Positions 23,311-34,105 of a stretch of 64,000 nt of DNA are shown one piece after another. The notes under the pieces are model-generated. The model worked only from the letters and a program-made list of their open reading frames with translations, was not told the DNA's origin and did no database searches. The translations under genes were made by a program, and so were the position numbers. The stretch's first letter is position 1. Each line of letters begins with the position of its first letter. This DNA is from Rhizaria sp. SCN 62-66 (lineage: Eukaryota), in contig MEDY01000116.1 of the NCBI GenBank assembly GCA_001724265.1, positions 1-64,000 on the forward strand. The letters are read 5' to 3'.

Positions 23311-26300
23311 TTAGAGCCGGGGCTGCTCCTTAGCGCGGGGCCCGCCGCTAGGCAGCATCGTGGACCGTTTGCGCATCGTCACAGCGCCCGCCCGGCCTTC
23401 CTCGGTCTGCATCAACGCAGCGCCAACGGCACGACGCAAAGCACGTGCCTCTGCCTCTGCATTAGCGTTAACAGCATCACCAGCAGCAGCAGCGGCAGCA
23501 GCAGCAGTAGTAGTAGTGGAGTCGGCGTTAGCATCAATGGCAGTAGTCGTCGAGTCAGTAAGAGTGGACGCGAAAGTGAAGTAATCACCACCAAAGTCAT
23601 CCCCACCAAACTCCTCACTCAAACTGCTGACATCCGCCTTAGCGTCAGTGCCGGTATGGCCGCAGGTGAGCAGTGCGAGACGTGACACCAACCCTGACGC
23701 GGCAGCCGCGGCAACAACAGGCGCCTCCCACCAGTGGTAAAACGCAGTCGCCCCATTCCGGCCACCATTGGCATCTGCGCTCCCATCATCATCCTCGTCA
23801 TCGTCGCCCTCGCCAGCGTCACCAGCGGCACCAGCCGCAGCGTCACTGGTGTTCTTGGTGGTTTTGGTAGACTTATCCTTCTCAGCGGCGGCGGCCATAG
23901 CGGCAAGCTCCTTCTTCGACTTCGGGTACGAACTGGCGGCGACTCGTGCCGCCTCCGCCGCCCGCTCTGCGTCCCTGGCCTGAAGTTTAGCAGCCAGCTC
24001 CGCCTCGCTCAGCCGCGCCGTCGCCGGCCAGTTGAAGTAGTTCGCAATCTGTTCTTTCTGCCACGGCGACGCCTCCTCCAAGCTCGGCATCGGCCGCGCC
24101 TCTTCCTCCGCAGCCGCCGTCTCCAGCGTCGCCAACGCCGCCGCCACCGCACGCGCGCGGGCGTAATCGCCGCACACACGCAGCGCCGCGATCAGCCGCT
24201 CCGCGCGGGCCTGCAGCGAGCCAGACGGCGCGGCGGCCTGCACCTGGAGCACTAAGTCGGCCTCTTCGCGGGGGTCACCCTCACGGATCTTGCGCTTCGA
24301 CTTGCGCTGAATGGCCGACCGGAGCCCCTTGCGCATGCGACGCTCCTCGGTGGTCAACGGGCGGTCGGCGCCGGCGACCGTAAGCACCGACGACGCGCCC
24401 GAGGCCGCCGACGCCGACGAGAACGCCGAGTACAGTGAGTTGGCCAGCGCGCCCGACGCCGCCGAGCCCATGCTCGCGATCGACGCAGCGACGGACGGTG
24501 CAAGAGAGGCCAGTGACGCGCCGGTCGCGGTGGAGTAGCCGGCGATGGACCCGGCCCCCGAACCGTCGGCCCCCAGCCCCGTATGGAGCCCGCGCCAGAC
24601 GCCGGTGATGACGAACTCGAGCACATCGTCCCCAGGCACGCGCGAGAGCAGCATCGGGTGCTGCATTTGCTCGCGGTACTTGGGGTCCGCGCGAGCCATC
24701 TCAGCTAGACCGCGCCGCCAGCGAGCAAGACAGCCGGGCATGCCGGCCTGCGCGCCGAGCACAATGAGCTTCACGCGCCGCACCAGCCGCAGCCGCGCCA
24801 CGGCGGCGCGGTAGCCCGCCACGCGAACCGCGGTGTCCTTGGCGAACGCCTCGCCAGCGGCCGCGATCGCGGGGAAGACGACGGTGCGGGAGAGGAGCGC
24901 CCCAGCGGCCCCGCCGGCGCCGGCGCACAGGAGCGCTTCGTCCCAGAGCCCGGCGGTGATGAGCACGGACACAGCGCTGGCGCGGTCACCCAGCCAGTCG
25001 GCGAGGACCTGGGCGGCCTCGAGGGGCCGGCGGCGGGCTTTGAGTTCGGCTGCGGCGGACCGAGCCAGCAATTGCAGAGTGTGCGCGCTAAAGCCTGTCA
25101 CACGCACCGTCACGCCGCTCGCCTTAGCCAGCGACCGTGGCTGCGGCTGTGACTCAGCAGAGACTGCTACTGCCGTTGAAGTAGAGGAGTCATCACCTGT
25201 TGCTGCAGCGGCATCCGCAACATTAGAATCATCATTGTCGGCGTCGTTCTTGATGCTAGAGTCGTCGCTACTATCGTAGGTGGTGGCGGCGGCTGCGAGG
25301 CCCAGTGCTCGGCGCCAATCCCCCGCCTTGACCCACTGCGCACACGCCGACGCGATGTCTCCGGCGGCCACAAACGCCTCCGCAGCGTCAGCGTGGCGCG
25401 AAGTAGCATCCTGATTCTGGTGACCGGGAGTAGTCACCGCGCCAGCGCCAGCCGCATGAGTCGCAGCCGGAGGCGCGGTGGTAGAGAGCCATTGTGCGTA
25501 CGCGAGGACAACAGACCGGGCGAAGGCGTCACGGGCGTTCAGCACGACAACACGGCCAACACCGGCATTATCACCATGATCACCGCTGCTCTTGTTGGCG
25601 GTATTCTCGTCGTGTGCGAGTGTCGGACGCGGGGGCAGAGGGGACGCGTACAAATGCGTGGCCAGCTCGAGCAAATCATGCTTCCGAGCCGTGTCCAACG
25701 CACTGCGACGCGCCGCCGCGGCCAAGAGTGCCGCACGGACACGCAACGCGCGCGCCGCCTCAGCAGAACCCACGGTACATGTGCCTGTACTCGTGCCGGT
25801 ACTCGTGATGACGCGCAAAGCAGAGAGCGCGCGTGCCCAATGCGCCAGCGCCCGGTGCGGCCGTGCTTCATGGGCGTCAATAGCGGCCCGTTGCAAGGCA
25901 GTGGCGGCGGCAGCGGCGGCGCGCGCCACAGCCGCGTTAGCAGAGCCGAATGCGGCAGAAACAGCGGTTGCGTTGAGTGACGCTGCGGCGACGGCCGAGG
26001 CGGAGACGGCAGTCAACGCATCCCTATCCTCAGCCTCAGCCTCAGCCTCGCTCTGACTGTGACTGGAGCTCTGTGTCACACTGCGAGTCCTAGCGGTGGC
26101 GGCGGCGGCGGCGGCGGCGTCGGTCGCGGCGTCGGCAGCGGCGGCCGCGAGCGCGATCGGCGTCAGCTGCAGCGGCGACACCGCCGGGCCCTCCGCGCCA
26201 AGCCGCCGCCAACCGGCCAGCAGAGGCAAATACTCCCTTGGGTCGCGTCCGGCGCTGCGCGCCGTCGCCGCCGCGAGGGGCAGGTCATACAGCGCCAAGG

Positions 26301-29300
26301 CTGCGCGCCACAGCTCGTTGGAGTCCGCAACCACGAGCGCGAACCGCAGCGCAGCCTCGGCGGTGACGCGGGCGTGTCGGTCGGCTGCTGGGTCCGCGGG
26401 ACCGAGGCCGGAGACCCCGACGCGCGGCGGACGCGGGCCGAGGGTCGTGGTGCGCGGAGGGGGCAGGCCGGCGGTCGCGTTACCGTATGCATCATGCGCA
26501 CTCGCCGCGGGCGCACTCATGGAGGTACCCGTGACTGTGTTAGCAGGATTAGCGTTAGCGGAAGAGGCGGCAGCGGAGGCTTCTGCGGCGGCGAGGGCGG
26601 CGACGCGGCGCATGGCACCGGTGAAATCGGGCGGACACTGGCGCAAGTGGGCCGTCAACGCAGCCGTTACGAGCCGGCGGCCAGAAGGATCGGCACGATC
26701 GATCGCGGCCAAGTAGGTCCGGCAGGCTGTGTTGACCTTGTTGGCGCCCGTGGCGGCGGCGCGGCGGCGGGCCAGCGCGACCGCATCGTCTCCACTCGCA
26801 GCGACCGTCTCAGTCACATTCGCATTCACGCCCGCGCTCGTAGCAGTCGCCGCGGTTGGAGGAGTTGCAGAGGTGGAATTAGTCGTGGGCGCGGTTGTCA
26901 TAGTAGAGAGGCGGGGGACGGTCGGGTTGGCGGTCCACGCAGCGGCAGCGTCGGCCTCTTCCATTTGCGCAACGAGGTACACATGCCGTAAATCAGAGTT
27001 CTCAGTGTAAAACTCAACCACCCGTGACGCTGCCTTGACGATAGAAACACCGGTACCGTCACGGGTGAGTTCTGCGTTGGCTTCTGCGCCCAGCGCCAAA
27101 CCCATATCAGGGTGATGATGAGCCGCATTCGCGGTATTAGCCGCCGTCTCAGCCGCAGCTCCAGTCGCAGTGCCGGTCGCCGTGGTCGCGCTGCTTTGAC
27201 CGAGACGGCGCGCTAGCAGCGCCATATCCGCCATCTCATCGTTCGCACCAGCACCGCGCTTTTTAGCATTCGAAACGCCGTTCGTTGCGCCGATGCTGCC
27301 CATAGGTCCAGTCGATGACACAGCATCACCATAATCGCCATCATGAACATTCTCAGCAGCAGCAGCAGCACTGTCGTTGCGCTGTCCACCCGTAGAGTGG
27401 CCGTGAGCGTGGGGCGTGGAAGTTAAGCCGGCCACCGCCGCGTCACGAGCCCTCGCCCGGTCGAACCGCGCCTTGCGCTGTGCCTCAGCACCGGCAGCGA
27501 GGGGAGACAAGAAGCCGTGTGCAAAAGCACCATCCCGACTACCGTCATCGTGTCCGTCGTAGCAGTCGCTGGTGTTGAGGTTATCATCACTGTCATTGCC
27601 ACCGCCGTTGCTCTCGCGCATGCGAAGACGGAGACGGGTACGACGCACAGGTGACCCAAACTCATCATGATCATCACATTCGCTGTCGTCATCGTCACTA
27701 CCAGTGGAAACAGAGTCAGATTCAGAGCCAGAGCCAGCAGCGGCAACACTCGCGGCCGACACCGCCGCCGCCTTGCTTTGCAGCCTCGCCAGCGCTGCCT
27801 CCAGCGGCGCACGGTCCCCAGCCGAGGCAAACATCGCATGATACCGCGGAAACTGCGTCTGCGTGCAGTCCTCCGGCGCCAGAGCCGACAACAGCAACGC
27901 CAGGTTCGCCGCCGAGCCTAGCTGTGCGACGACGGCGTCCGCGGCCTCAGCGGTCGCCGCGGCGGCGGGGTCATGGTCCCAGAGCAGGTTGAGATCGATG
28001 CGGCTCGCGCGCGCGGCCAGGAACGCGTCCAACCAGCGGCCACGCGACAGGGCAGAGTGCACCGCCGCCAAACCAAGCGTACGCGGGTACACGAGCTCCA
28101 GATTCCCGCGCGGCATCTGCAGCACGATACGCGCCCGCAGCGCGTCCGGCACGGCGGCCACAATCGCGGACCCTTGCTCCGCGTAGCGGACCAAGTGAGG
28201 ATCAGTGCGGACAGGACCCAGCGGGGCGAGGTTGGCCGCCAGAGACCGCCGTAGGTCCAGCGTGAAGAGCGCGTGGGTTGCCCCAGCCACAGTCACGAGG
28301 AGGAAGGCGGGGCGCAGAGCCGCGGCAGAAACGGCGTTTGCATTAGACTGCGCCTCGGTAGTGTTATTAACGGGTGGCAAGGGTGGGAAGGCGGTCTGCG
28401 CGAACGAAATGCACTGTGGCGCAACCAAAACACGGTCGACAAAGAGCCTGGCTTGCGGGTCTTTGCCGAGACAGACGTGGACACCGGCCATGTCAGCAAC
28501 TTGGAACCAGAGAGTGTCGACCGGTAAACGCCAGCCGAGGTTCTGCGCCCACGGTGATGGCCGGCCTCCAGTCGAAACACCATGAGCAGCTGCACCAGCA
28601 GCAGAAGCAGTAGCGTCAGTCGCAAAGTGACGGTTGTTAACAGCGCGGGCGCGGGCGAGAGCCAACGCATGGTGAATCTCCGCACTAGAGCTACTATTGA
28701 CAGCATTACCATTGTTGTAGTTCGAGTTGTGCTGCTGTTGCTGTTGTTGGAGCCAGCGGCGTGGGGACTGCGCCTTGAGTACCCGTGACCTGGGGGGCCT
28801 CACGCGTACCTTGATCACGGCACCCGTGACCAGCGCCACCGCCAACCACGGGTCCGCTGCCTCGGCCTTCGCATGCCGCCTCGCCCAGTCCTCCACGGCC
28901 GCTGCGGCCGCCGCAGCAGACGTGGCCCCTGTAGCGGCGGCGGCGGTTGTTGTGGGCTCAGCAGTGAGCTGCTGTGGCGGCGCTGGATACGGACGGCCGG
29001 GGGACACGAGCCACACGCGAGCGACCGACAACGCGGTGGCGGCCGTGGCGGCGAGAGACGGCGGGAGCGTACTATGGAGCGGGGCGGGGGAGCCCACGGT
29101 CACTTCAGAGTCCGCGGCGTCGCCCGGCAGGCCGGTATGCGTGTACAGAGCGCTCTTCGACGGGGGCGCAAGAGCGGTTGGCAACAGCTCAATGGCATCG
29201 ACAACCAAGGACTGAAGGCAGATCTGCAGTGCGTAATCCGCCGCAGTCAAAACAGAGGGGGTATTGCTTGGACTCGAAACGGCATCATTTACGCTGCTGC

Positions 29301-32300
29301 TACGGGGACGCAGGACGAATTGGACTGCGAACTCGATGCGGAGCACGCGGTCCGGTAAGTTAGGCCGCGTCTGCACCAGCAGCAGCACATTGGCCTGCGC
29401 CGGGGAGCCGTAGCGGCCTAACTTCTTGCGCGCCGCCGCCGCGACGGGCGGGAACGCGTGGCCAGCGGAGAATGCGGCGGGGTTGGCGGCGGCCAGGGCA
29501 GAGCGCCATTGAGTGGCCTGGGCCCAAACCAAGTGACGGCAGGAGAAACCATACGGCACATCAGCAGCAGCAGCAGCAGAGTCAAACAACTCCGTGTCAG
29601 TCTCTGTCTCAGTCTTTGCATTCGCGCCCACATCCGCAGTCGCATTCGAGTCGTTATCAAACTCCTGCACAACAGCGTTACCATTGCTATTGTTCGAGCT
29701 CGCGTGGTAGTTGTGGTGCAGAGCAAAGGAGATGGCGGCAGCGGAGAGGCACGCGAATGCCCCAGGCACCGCGCCCGCGGCCGCGGCCGCCGACGACGCA
29801 GCCCCCGCCCCGGGCCCCGAGGCTAGCCCCATCGCCCGCTCCGGCTGCGACGCGGGGGCGTGGGTCGAGACTGGGGCGGCGGCGGCGGTGGGCGGGGTGA
29901 GCGAGCGGGCGGGCAGCGCGTCAGTCCAGAGGAGGATGTCGCCGTTGGACTGCAAGGTGGCGAGGGGGGAAACGACGTCGCTGCGGGCGTTACTAGCGCC
30001 GGGGGAAGACCGAGGGTGCCAACCGCTACTGCCACTTTCAGTCTCATTCTCGGTCTTAGTGTCGGCAGTTGAGCCTGAGTCAGATCCAGTGCCAGAGCCA
30101 GAACTAGAAGTAGCAACAGTAGTCGAACTAGAGTTAGAGCCAGTCGAGTTAAGATGTGCGTTGGTGGAGCCAAAGTCGCCTGATGAGCCAGTGGAGCAAA
30201 ACGCAGCCTCGGCGACTGGCGAGGGCGCCAACAACGCGCGGGCAGCTAAAGGAGGCGGAATCGCGGCCTTGGCCAAGTACGTCAGCTTGACTACAGAGCC
30301 GTCAACAACGGCAACCGAGCCTAAAGCGGTCGCTGGCGCGGCGGCGATGTCCCAGCACAAGTCGACCGCATGCACAGTCGAGTCGCACTGGATAATCAAC
30401 CGGTGCGGACGCTCAGGCTGCCAGAGGGCGGCGAGGGAGCCCATAGTACCGAGGCAGGGGGGCGGGAAGTCAAGCCGCCGCTTGAGGTACCAGTGGTAGT
30501 TGCTCCGGTGCCACAGCTGCACTTGCCTCGCTCCGTGGGACGGCGACTGCGAGCACTGACCGTGAGCAAGTGACTGTGAGCAGGGTGACTGTGAGCTAGG
30601 TGATTGTGGGTCGGAGTTGTTGAGTGCGATGCCCCAGATAGCAAGGACTTCAGAGTCCGCTGACCAGGCAGCACCGGTCACAACCATGCCCATGCCCATC
30701 CCAACACTCACCGACGCCGACGCCGATGATGATGACGAGGCAGCAGCAACAGCTGTGTCCGCAGTGGCCGTGGCCGCGGGCGGCATGATAAAGGGCTGCG
30801 GGGGCGGAATCAGCGAGAATTCACCATGCCTCAGTCCATTCCTCTCCAGCAACACCGTTGCCAAGCGCGGCACAGTGCGTCCCCCGGCACCGGCGGCCAG
30901 GCGAGAGCGTTCAAAGGCCGCGATGAGAGCGCCAGAGGGCCGCCACGCGAGCAGCGACTGCATGCCACCGTGCACCGCAAACGCCCACTGCTCGTCACAG
31001 TCACTCGTCGTCCGACTCCCAGTCGCGTGTTCCTCACGGGTACTCGTGGCGGGCGCGGGCATAGTAAGGAGGCGGGCGCTGGGCGGGCACGCGTGGGGGT
31101 CACAGGTCACCGGCGCCGGCTCAGACTCGGACTGTAACGCGCAGAGCCGGTCCCAGACGCGGACGACACGGCACCGTGCACCGGCGGGCACGGTCACCGT
31201 CGCGGCGGCCGACGGCACTGCCTGGCCCTGAGCGTTGAGCACGGGGGTCGTGATCGGGACAGAAGCGCGCTCTAAGGTGGAGACGGCGAAGAACTGGCCG
31301 TCGCCACGCCAGGAAATGCATGCCTCGGGCACGGCCACCGCCATCAACGCCTCGTCCTCATCATCCTCGTGGTTACCATCACCAGAAGGGGCAGCCGCAG
31401 TCGCATCGGTGTTGTCAACACCATGCGCCGTGGTCCCGGCAGAATCTGCTTCATTGGTGCCGCCGTGGGTGTTAGAATCGAGAGTTGCAGTTTTCGCCGT
31501 GGTGCCCAGAGCACGTGCGGCCACGCGTTCCGCATTCTGCCGCGTCCCCGCTAAATGCGCATAGGGGTTCGCGTCACTGACGGCCTCGCGTGCGTCCTGG
31601 GTACCCACGGCGGGGACCTCGGCCACAGGTTCCCACTGCGCAGTCATGAGTAACAGTGAGCCGCCGCAGGTGACGAGGGCGAGGAGCTCACAGTCAGGCG
31701 ACCAGGCCGCTGCCGCGAGGCCGCCGTCGATGTGTCCGACGACTTCGATGTCCTCAATCGCTGCGGCTGAGTCGGAGAAATCCGCGCAGTCTCCGGTGTT
31801 AGGATCGACGTCGCCAGGCACGGCAGCGGGGTCAGAGCTCTTGTTGTTGTTGCTGTTGCTGCAGTTGCTGTTGCTTGCTTTGTTGCTGCTACAAGAGCCG
31901 GCGCCGGCGAAAGCGGGGTCGTTACGGACGGCTTCGGGGATGTCAAAGTCGCAGCCAAACGCAGCGCCGTCGTCCTCGTCGTTATAGTCACCGTCAGCGG
32001 CATCAACGTTGTCAGCATCAGCGGTGTTGTGCGAGTTAAGTGACTTATTGTTGTTGCAGTTAGCGGGGACATGCGAGGCACGTGTGGTGTCGACCTTGAC
32101 AAGGGTTCCGTGGCGAGTCGCGACGATGACTGCGGCAAGCTCCGGCAGATAGGCCAGACCGACGACGCGGTCCCGCGGGGACAGAAGCTGCTCCTCGGCC
32201 TCGGCAGGCATCACGAGAGGGCATTTGAGTACGGGCGCAGAGTGGGTCAGGGAGTATCCGTGCAGCGTCAAATCGGCGTCGAGGTAATACACAATCTGCC

Positions 32301-32493
32301 GGGCGGTGTCGAGGGCAAGGTGGAAGTCGCGCAGGTGCTCCAGACTGAAACCACAGCTCTCAGCACTCGCACGCGCACGCGCACGCGCAGCCGCAGCAGT
32401 TGCAGTAGACAAGGCCTTTGTGGTTGCAGCTGCCTTTGCGCTGTTGTGTGCGAGTGCGAAAGCGCGGTGGCTGGCGATGATGAGGTTCTTCAT
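23311..32493 (-). CDS. ELP1: Elongator complex protein 1 (IKI3/IKAP), greatly expanded, apparently intronless; 3,060 aa
   Basis: IKI3 motifs AAAWSPDCELLALVT, ISWRGDGQFFAVS, LAWRPSGALIA, ERNGLRHGEF, WHRSNYHWYLKR, LQMPRGNLELVYPR, RIDLNLLWDHDP, DPREYLPLL and IREGDPREE. Confidence 0.92.
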   Translation of the reverse strand: MKNLIIASHRAFALAHNSAKAAATTKALSTATAAAARARARASAESCGFSLEHLRDFHLALDTARQIVYYLDADLTLHGYSLTHSAPVLKCPLVMPAEAEEQLLSPRDRVVGLAYLPELAAVIVATRHGTLVKVDTTRASHVPANCNNNKSLNSHNTADADNVDAADGDYNDEDDGAAFGCDFDIPEAVRNDPAFAGAGSCSSNKASNSNCSNSNNNKSSDPAAVPGDVDPNTGDCADFSDSAAAIEDIEVVGHIDGGLAAAAWSPDCELLALVTCGGSLLLMTAQWEPVAEVPAVGTQDAREAVSDANPYAHLAGTRQNAERVAARALGTTAKTATLDSNTHGGTNEADSAGTTAHGVDNTDATAAAPSGDGNHEDDEDEALMAVAVPEACISWRGDGQFFAVSTLERASVPITTPVLNAQGQAVPSAAATVTVPAGARCRVVRVWDRLCALQSESEPAPVTCDPHACPPSARLLTMPAPATSTREEHATGSRTTSDCDEQWAFAVHGGMQSLLAWRPSGALIAAFERSRLAAGAGGRTVPRLATVLLERNGLRHGEFSLIPPPQPFIMPPAATATADTAVAAASSSSSASASVSVGMGMGMVVTGAAWSADSEVLAIWGIALNNSDPQSPSSQSPCSQSLAHGQCSQSPSHGARQVQLWHRSNYHWYLKRRLDFPPPCLGTMGSLAALWQPERPHRLIIQCDSTVHAVDLCWDIAAAPATALGSVAVVDGSVVKLTYLAKAAIPPPLAARALLAPSPVAEAAFCSTGSSGDFGSTNAHLNSTGSNSSSTTVATSSSGSGTGSDSGSTADTKTENETESGSSGWHPRSSPGASNARSDVVSPLATLQSNGDILLWTDALPARSLTPPTAAAAPVSTHAPASQPERAMGLASGPGAGAASSAAAAAGAVPGAFACLSAAAISFALHHNYHASSNNSNGNAVVQEFDNDSNATADVGANAKTETETDTELFDSAAAAADVPYGFSCRHLVWAQATQWRSALAAANPAAFSAGHAFPPVAAAARKKLGRYGSPAQANVLLLVQTRPNLPDRVLRIEFAVQFVLRPRSSSVNDAVSSPSNTPSVLTAADYALQICLQSLVVDAIELLPTALAPPSKSALYTHTGLPGDAADSEVTVGSPAPLHSTLPPSLAATAATALSVARVWLVSPGRPYPAPPQQLTAEPTTTAAAATGATSAAAAAAAVEDWARRHAKAEAADPWLAVALVTGAVIKVRVRPPRSRVLKAQSPRRWLQQQQQQHNSNYNNGNAVNSSSSAEIHHALALARARAVNNRHFATDATASAAGAAAHGVSTGGRPSPWAQNLGWRLPVDTLWFQVADMAGVHVCLGKDPQARLFVDRVLVAPQCISFAQTAFPPLPPVNNTTEAQSNANAVSAAALRPAFLLVTVAGATHALFTLDLRRSLAANLAPLGPVRTDPHLVRYAEQGSAIVAAVPDALRARIVLQMPRGNLELVYPRTLGLAAVHSALSRGRWLDAFLAARASRIDLNLLWDHDPAAAATAEAADAVVAQLGSAANLALLLSALAPEDCTQTQFPRYHAMFASAGDRAPLEAALARLQSKAAAVSAASVAAAGSGSESDSVSTGSDDDDSECDDHDEFGSPVRRTRLRLRMRESNGGGNDSDDNLNTSDCYDGHDDGSRDGAFAHGFLSPLAAGAEAQRKARFDRARARDAAVAGLTSTPHAHGHSTGGQRNDSAAAAAENVHDGDYGDAVSSTGPMGSIGATNGVSNAKKRGAGANDEMADMALLARRLGQSSATTATGTATGAAAETAANTANAAHHHPDMGLALGAEANAELTRDGTGVSIVKAASRVVEFYTENSDLRHVYLVAQMEEADAAAAWTANPTVPRLSTMTTAPTTNSTSATPPTAATATSAGVNANVTETVAASGDDAVALARRRAAATGANKVNTACRTYLAAIDRADPSGRRLVTAALTAHLRQCPPDFTGAMRRVAALAAAEASAAASSANANPANTVTGTSMSAPAASAHDAYGNATAGLPPPRTTTLGPRPPRVGVSGLGPADPAADRHARVTAEAALRFALVVADSNELWRAALALYDLPLAAATARSAGRDPREYLPLLAGWRRLGAEGPAVSPLQLTPIALAAAAADAATDAAAAAAATARTRSVTQSSSHSQSEAEAEAEDRDALTAVSASAVAAASLNATAVSAAFGSANAAVARAAAAAATALQRAAIDAHEARPHRALAHWARALSALRVITSTGTSTGTCTVGSAEAARALRVRAALLAAAARRSALDTARKHDLLELATHLYASPLPPRPTLAHDENTANKSSGDHGDNAGVGRVVVLNARDAFARSVVLAYAQWLSTTAPPAATHAAGAGAVTTPGHQNQDATSRHADAAEAFVAAGDIASACAQWVKAGDWRRALGLAAAATTYDSSDDSSIKNDADNDDSNVADAAAATGDDSSTSTAVAVSAESQPQPRSLAKASGVTVRVTGFSAHTLQLLARSAAAELKARRRPLEAAQVLADWLGDRASAVSVLITAGLWDEALLCAGAGGAAGALLSRTVVFPAIAAAGEAFAKDTAVRVAGYRAAVARLRLVRRVKLIVLGAQAGMPGCLARWRRGLAEMARADPKYREQMQHPMLLSRVPGDDVLEFVITGVWRGLHTGLGADGSGAGSIAGYSTATGASLASLAPSVAASIASMGSAASGALANSLYSAFSSASAASGASSVLTVAGADRPLTTEERRMRKGLRSAIQRKSKRKIREGDPREEADLVLQVQAAAPSGSLQARAERLIAALRVCGDYARARAVAAALATLETAAAEEEARPMPSLEEASPWQKEQIANYFNWPATARLSEAELAAKLQARDAERAAEAARVAASSYPKSKKELAAMAAAAEKDKSTKTTKNTSDAAAGAAGDAGEGDDDEDDDGSADANGGRNGATAFYHWWEAPVVAAAAASGLVSRLALLTCGHTGTDAKADVSSLSEEFGGDDFGGDYFTFASTLTDSTTTAIDANADSTTTTAAAAAAAAGDAVNANAEAEARALRRAVGAALMQTEEGRAGAVTMRKRSTMLPSGGPRAKEQPRL

Positions 32494-32929
32494 CGTGCGA
32501 CAAGGGTGTCACAGAGGACGGCGCAAAAAGAGAGAGAAAAACCTGTTGTTTGTGGTTGGAACGCGGCAAGCGCGAGGAAGCGAAGAGAGTGGGAGCTGAG
32601 AGAGGCTGGAGTAAAAGCGGGGTGCGGGGAGAAAAAAGAACGCCGAGTGAGACAATTTTATAACAAAATCAAAATAGAAATGTGCAGTTAAAATCTATTT
32701 GGTGAGTTGATATCGTTGTTGACGGACACCTTGAAGTGCTAGAGCACGGCAAAGATGAACTGCGGGCGGATCAATAGTGGCCGCTTTTTTGCGAACCGTG
32801 TGGCGGCTGGCAGGTTTTTGCTCTTTGGCTTTGGGCTTGCGGGTGCGAAGCGAGAGGTGACCTAAGACGAGATAGAGCACGGTGAAGATTCCGTGGTACA
32901 CGCAGTGTATAGACGTAATTGAATAGAAC

Positions 32930-33567
32930 ATGAGTGCTGCTAACTCACTTCTGAAGTACACCGTTCGTGGCGTCGCCAAGACCCTGGATATGGCCCTTCT
33001 TAAGCCCACTCGCCTCCCCACTGGGCGTTGGTCCGGTACGTCCTACATTCTTCCCTCCCGAGCGCTCCTAATACTTCCTTTCTGCAGAGACTGATTTGCA
33101 GAGCATTTTCGCAATGTGTCTCACCTTTTTATCCTGGATTCCTCTTTGTAACCTGTTCTATTGTACCGAAAATGTAGCCCCCAAGCTCTCGGCCATGAAG
33201 CTGGCCACGATCCGCAAGAGCGTGCTCAAGTCCGGCAGTGAGTGGCCCCTGGACAAGCCCCCCGTCGTCCGCGAGGTCAAGTACAAGGGCCAAAAGCACC
33301 TCATCGATCAGAAGAAGCGGTACGCACTCTTTCAAACGCATATCTATCCCTCCGATTTGCCCTTAAAAGTATTTTCATCTCACCCATCTGTTCACTCTTT
33401 TTGCTTTGCGTGTTGTTTCCCACTTGCGTAGCTTCGAGCAGATCAACGAGAAGATGAAGGAGATGCCTAAGAAGATTGAGGACTACTACGCTGCCATCCG
33501 TGCCCGCCGTATCCACATCGACGACCCCCGCTACGTTATGAACAACGGATACGGCCGCATGAAGTGA
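32930..33567 (+). CDS. Mitochondrial ribosomal protein mL59 (yeast MrpL25-like); 3 exons (32930-33035, 33178-33319, 33432-33567), 127 aa
   Basis: Spliced product contains LKPTRLPTGRWSAPKLSAMKLATIRK...KYKGQKHLIDQKKRFEQINEKMKEMPKKIEDY, matching the mL59 pattern (G.W..PK.S...KG.K...R...I...M..MP..I). Intron phases (1 and 2) are consistent. Confidence 0.75.
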
Positions 33568-34105
33568 GCAATTGAACCGTTCACTTCAACGAAGCAAACA
33601 ACAAGTGCGAAACGCGACAAAACAATTGCACACCGCTTTATTTTAGAGTGGTGTGTATTTGCGGGTTGGTTTTGAGCTTGTTGCTTTGCGTGTAACTGTC
33701 GAAAACCTATATCTAATATGACTCATCTACAGTCTCTCTGAACAAGACCTCAATTTAAAGACGCTCAATGCGAGCTCTATGATCAAAGAGACTGCTAATG
33801 GTGCGCACATGGCCAGGCCATGCGTCTCTCTTGCTCTCTCTCAGTGAGTAGCCACACAAAACCCGCTTGTTACTATTCTACGAGTTGTCTATTCATTGTT
33901 GCTTGTGACGCGTAACAATCTCTATTACATACAGCACAATAACGTTATCTAACGCCTCTATATTTCCTCAAAACAAACGACACGCGCATGAAAGTACTAT
34001 TAATTTTATTATACTCATCCGAAAAAATAATATCTTTTTAATCACCAGCTCATTGCACTTGGCAAGTGAGTTGTTTAGCTTTGTTTTTTTCCTAACTTGT
34101 TCACT

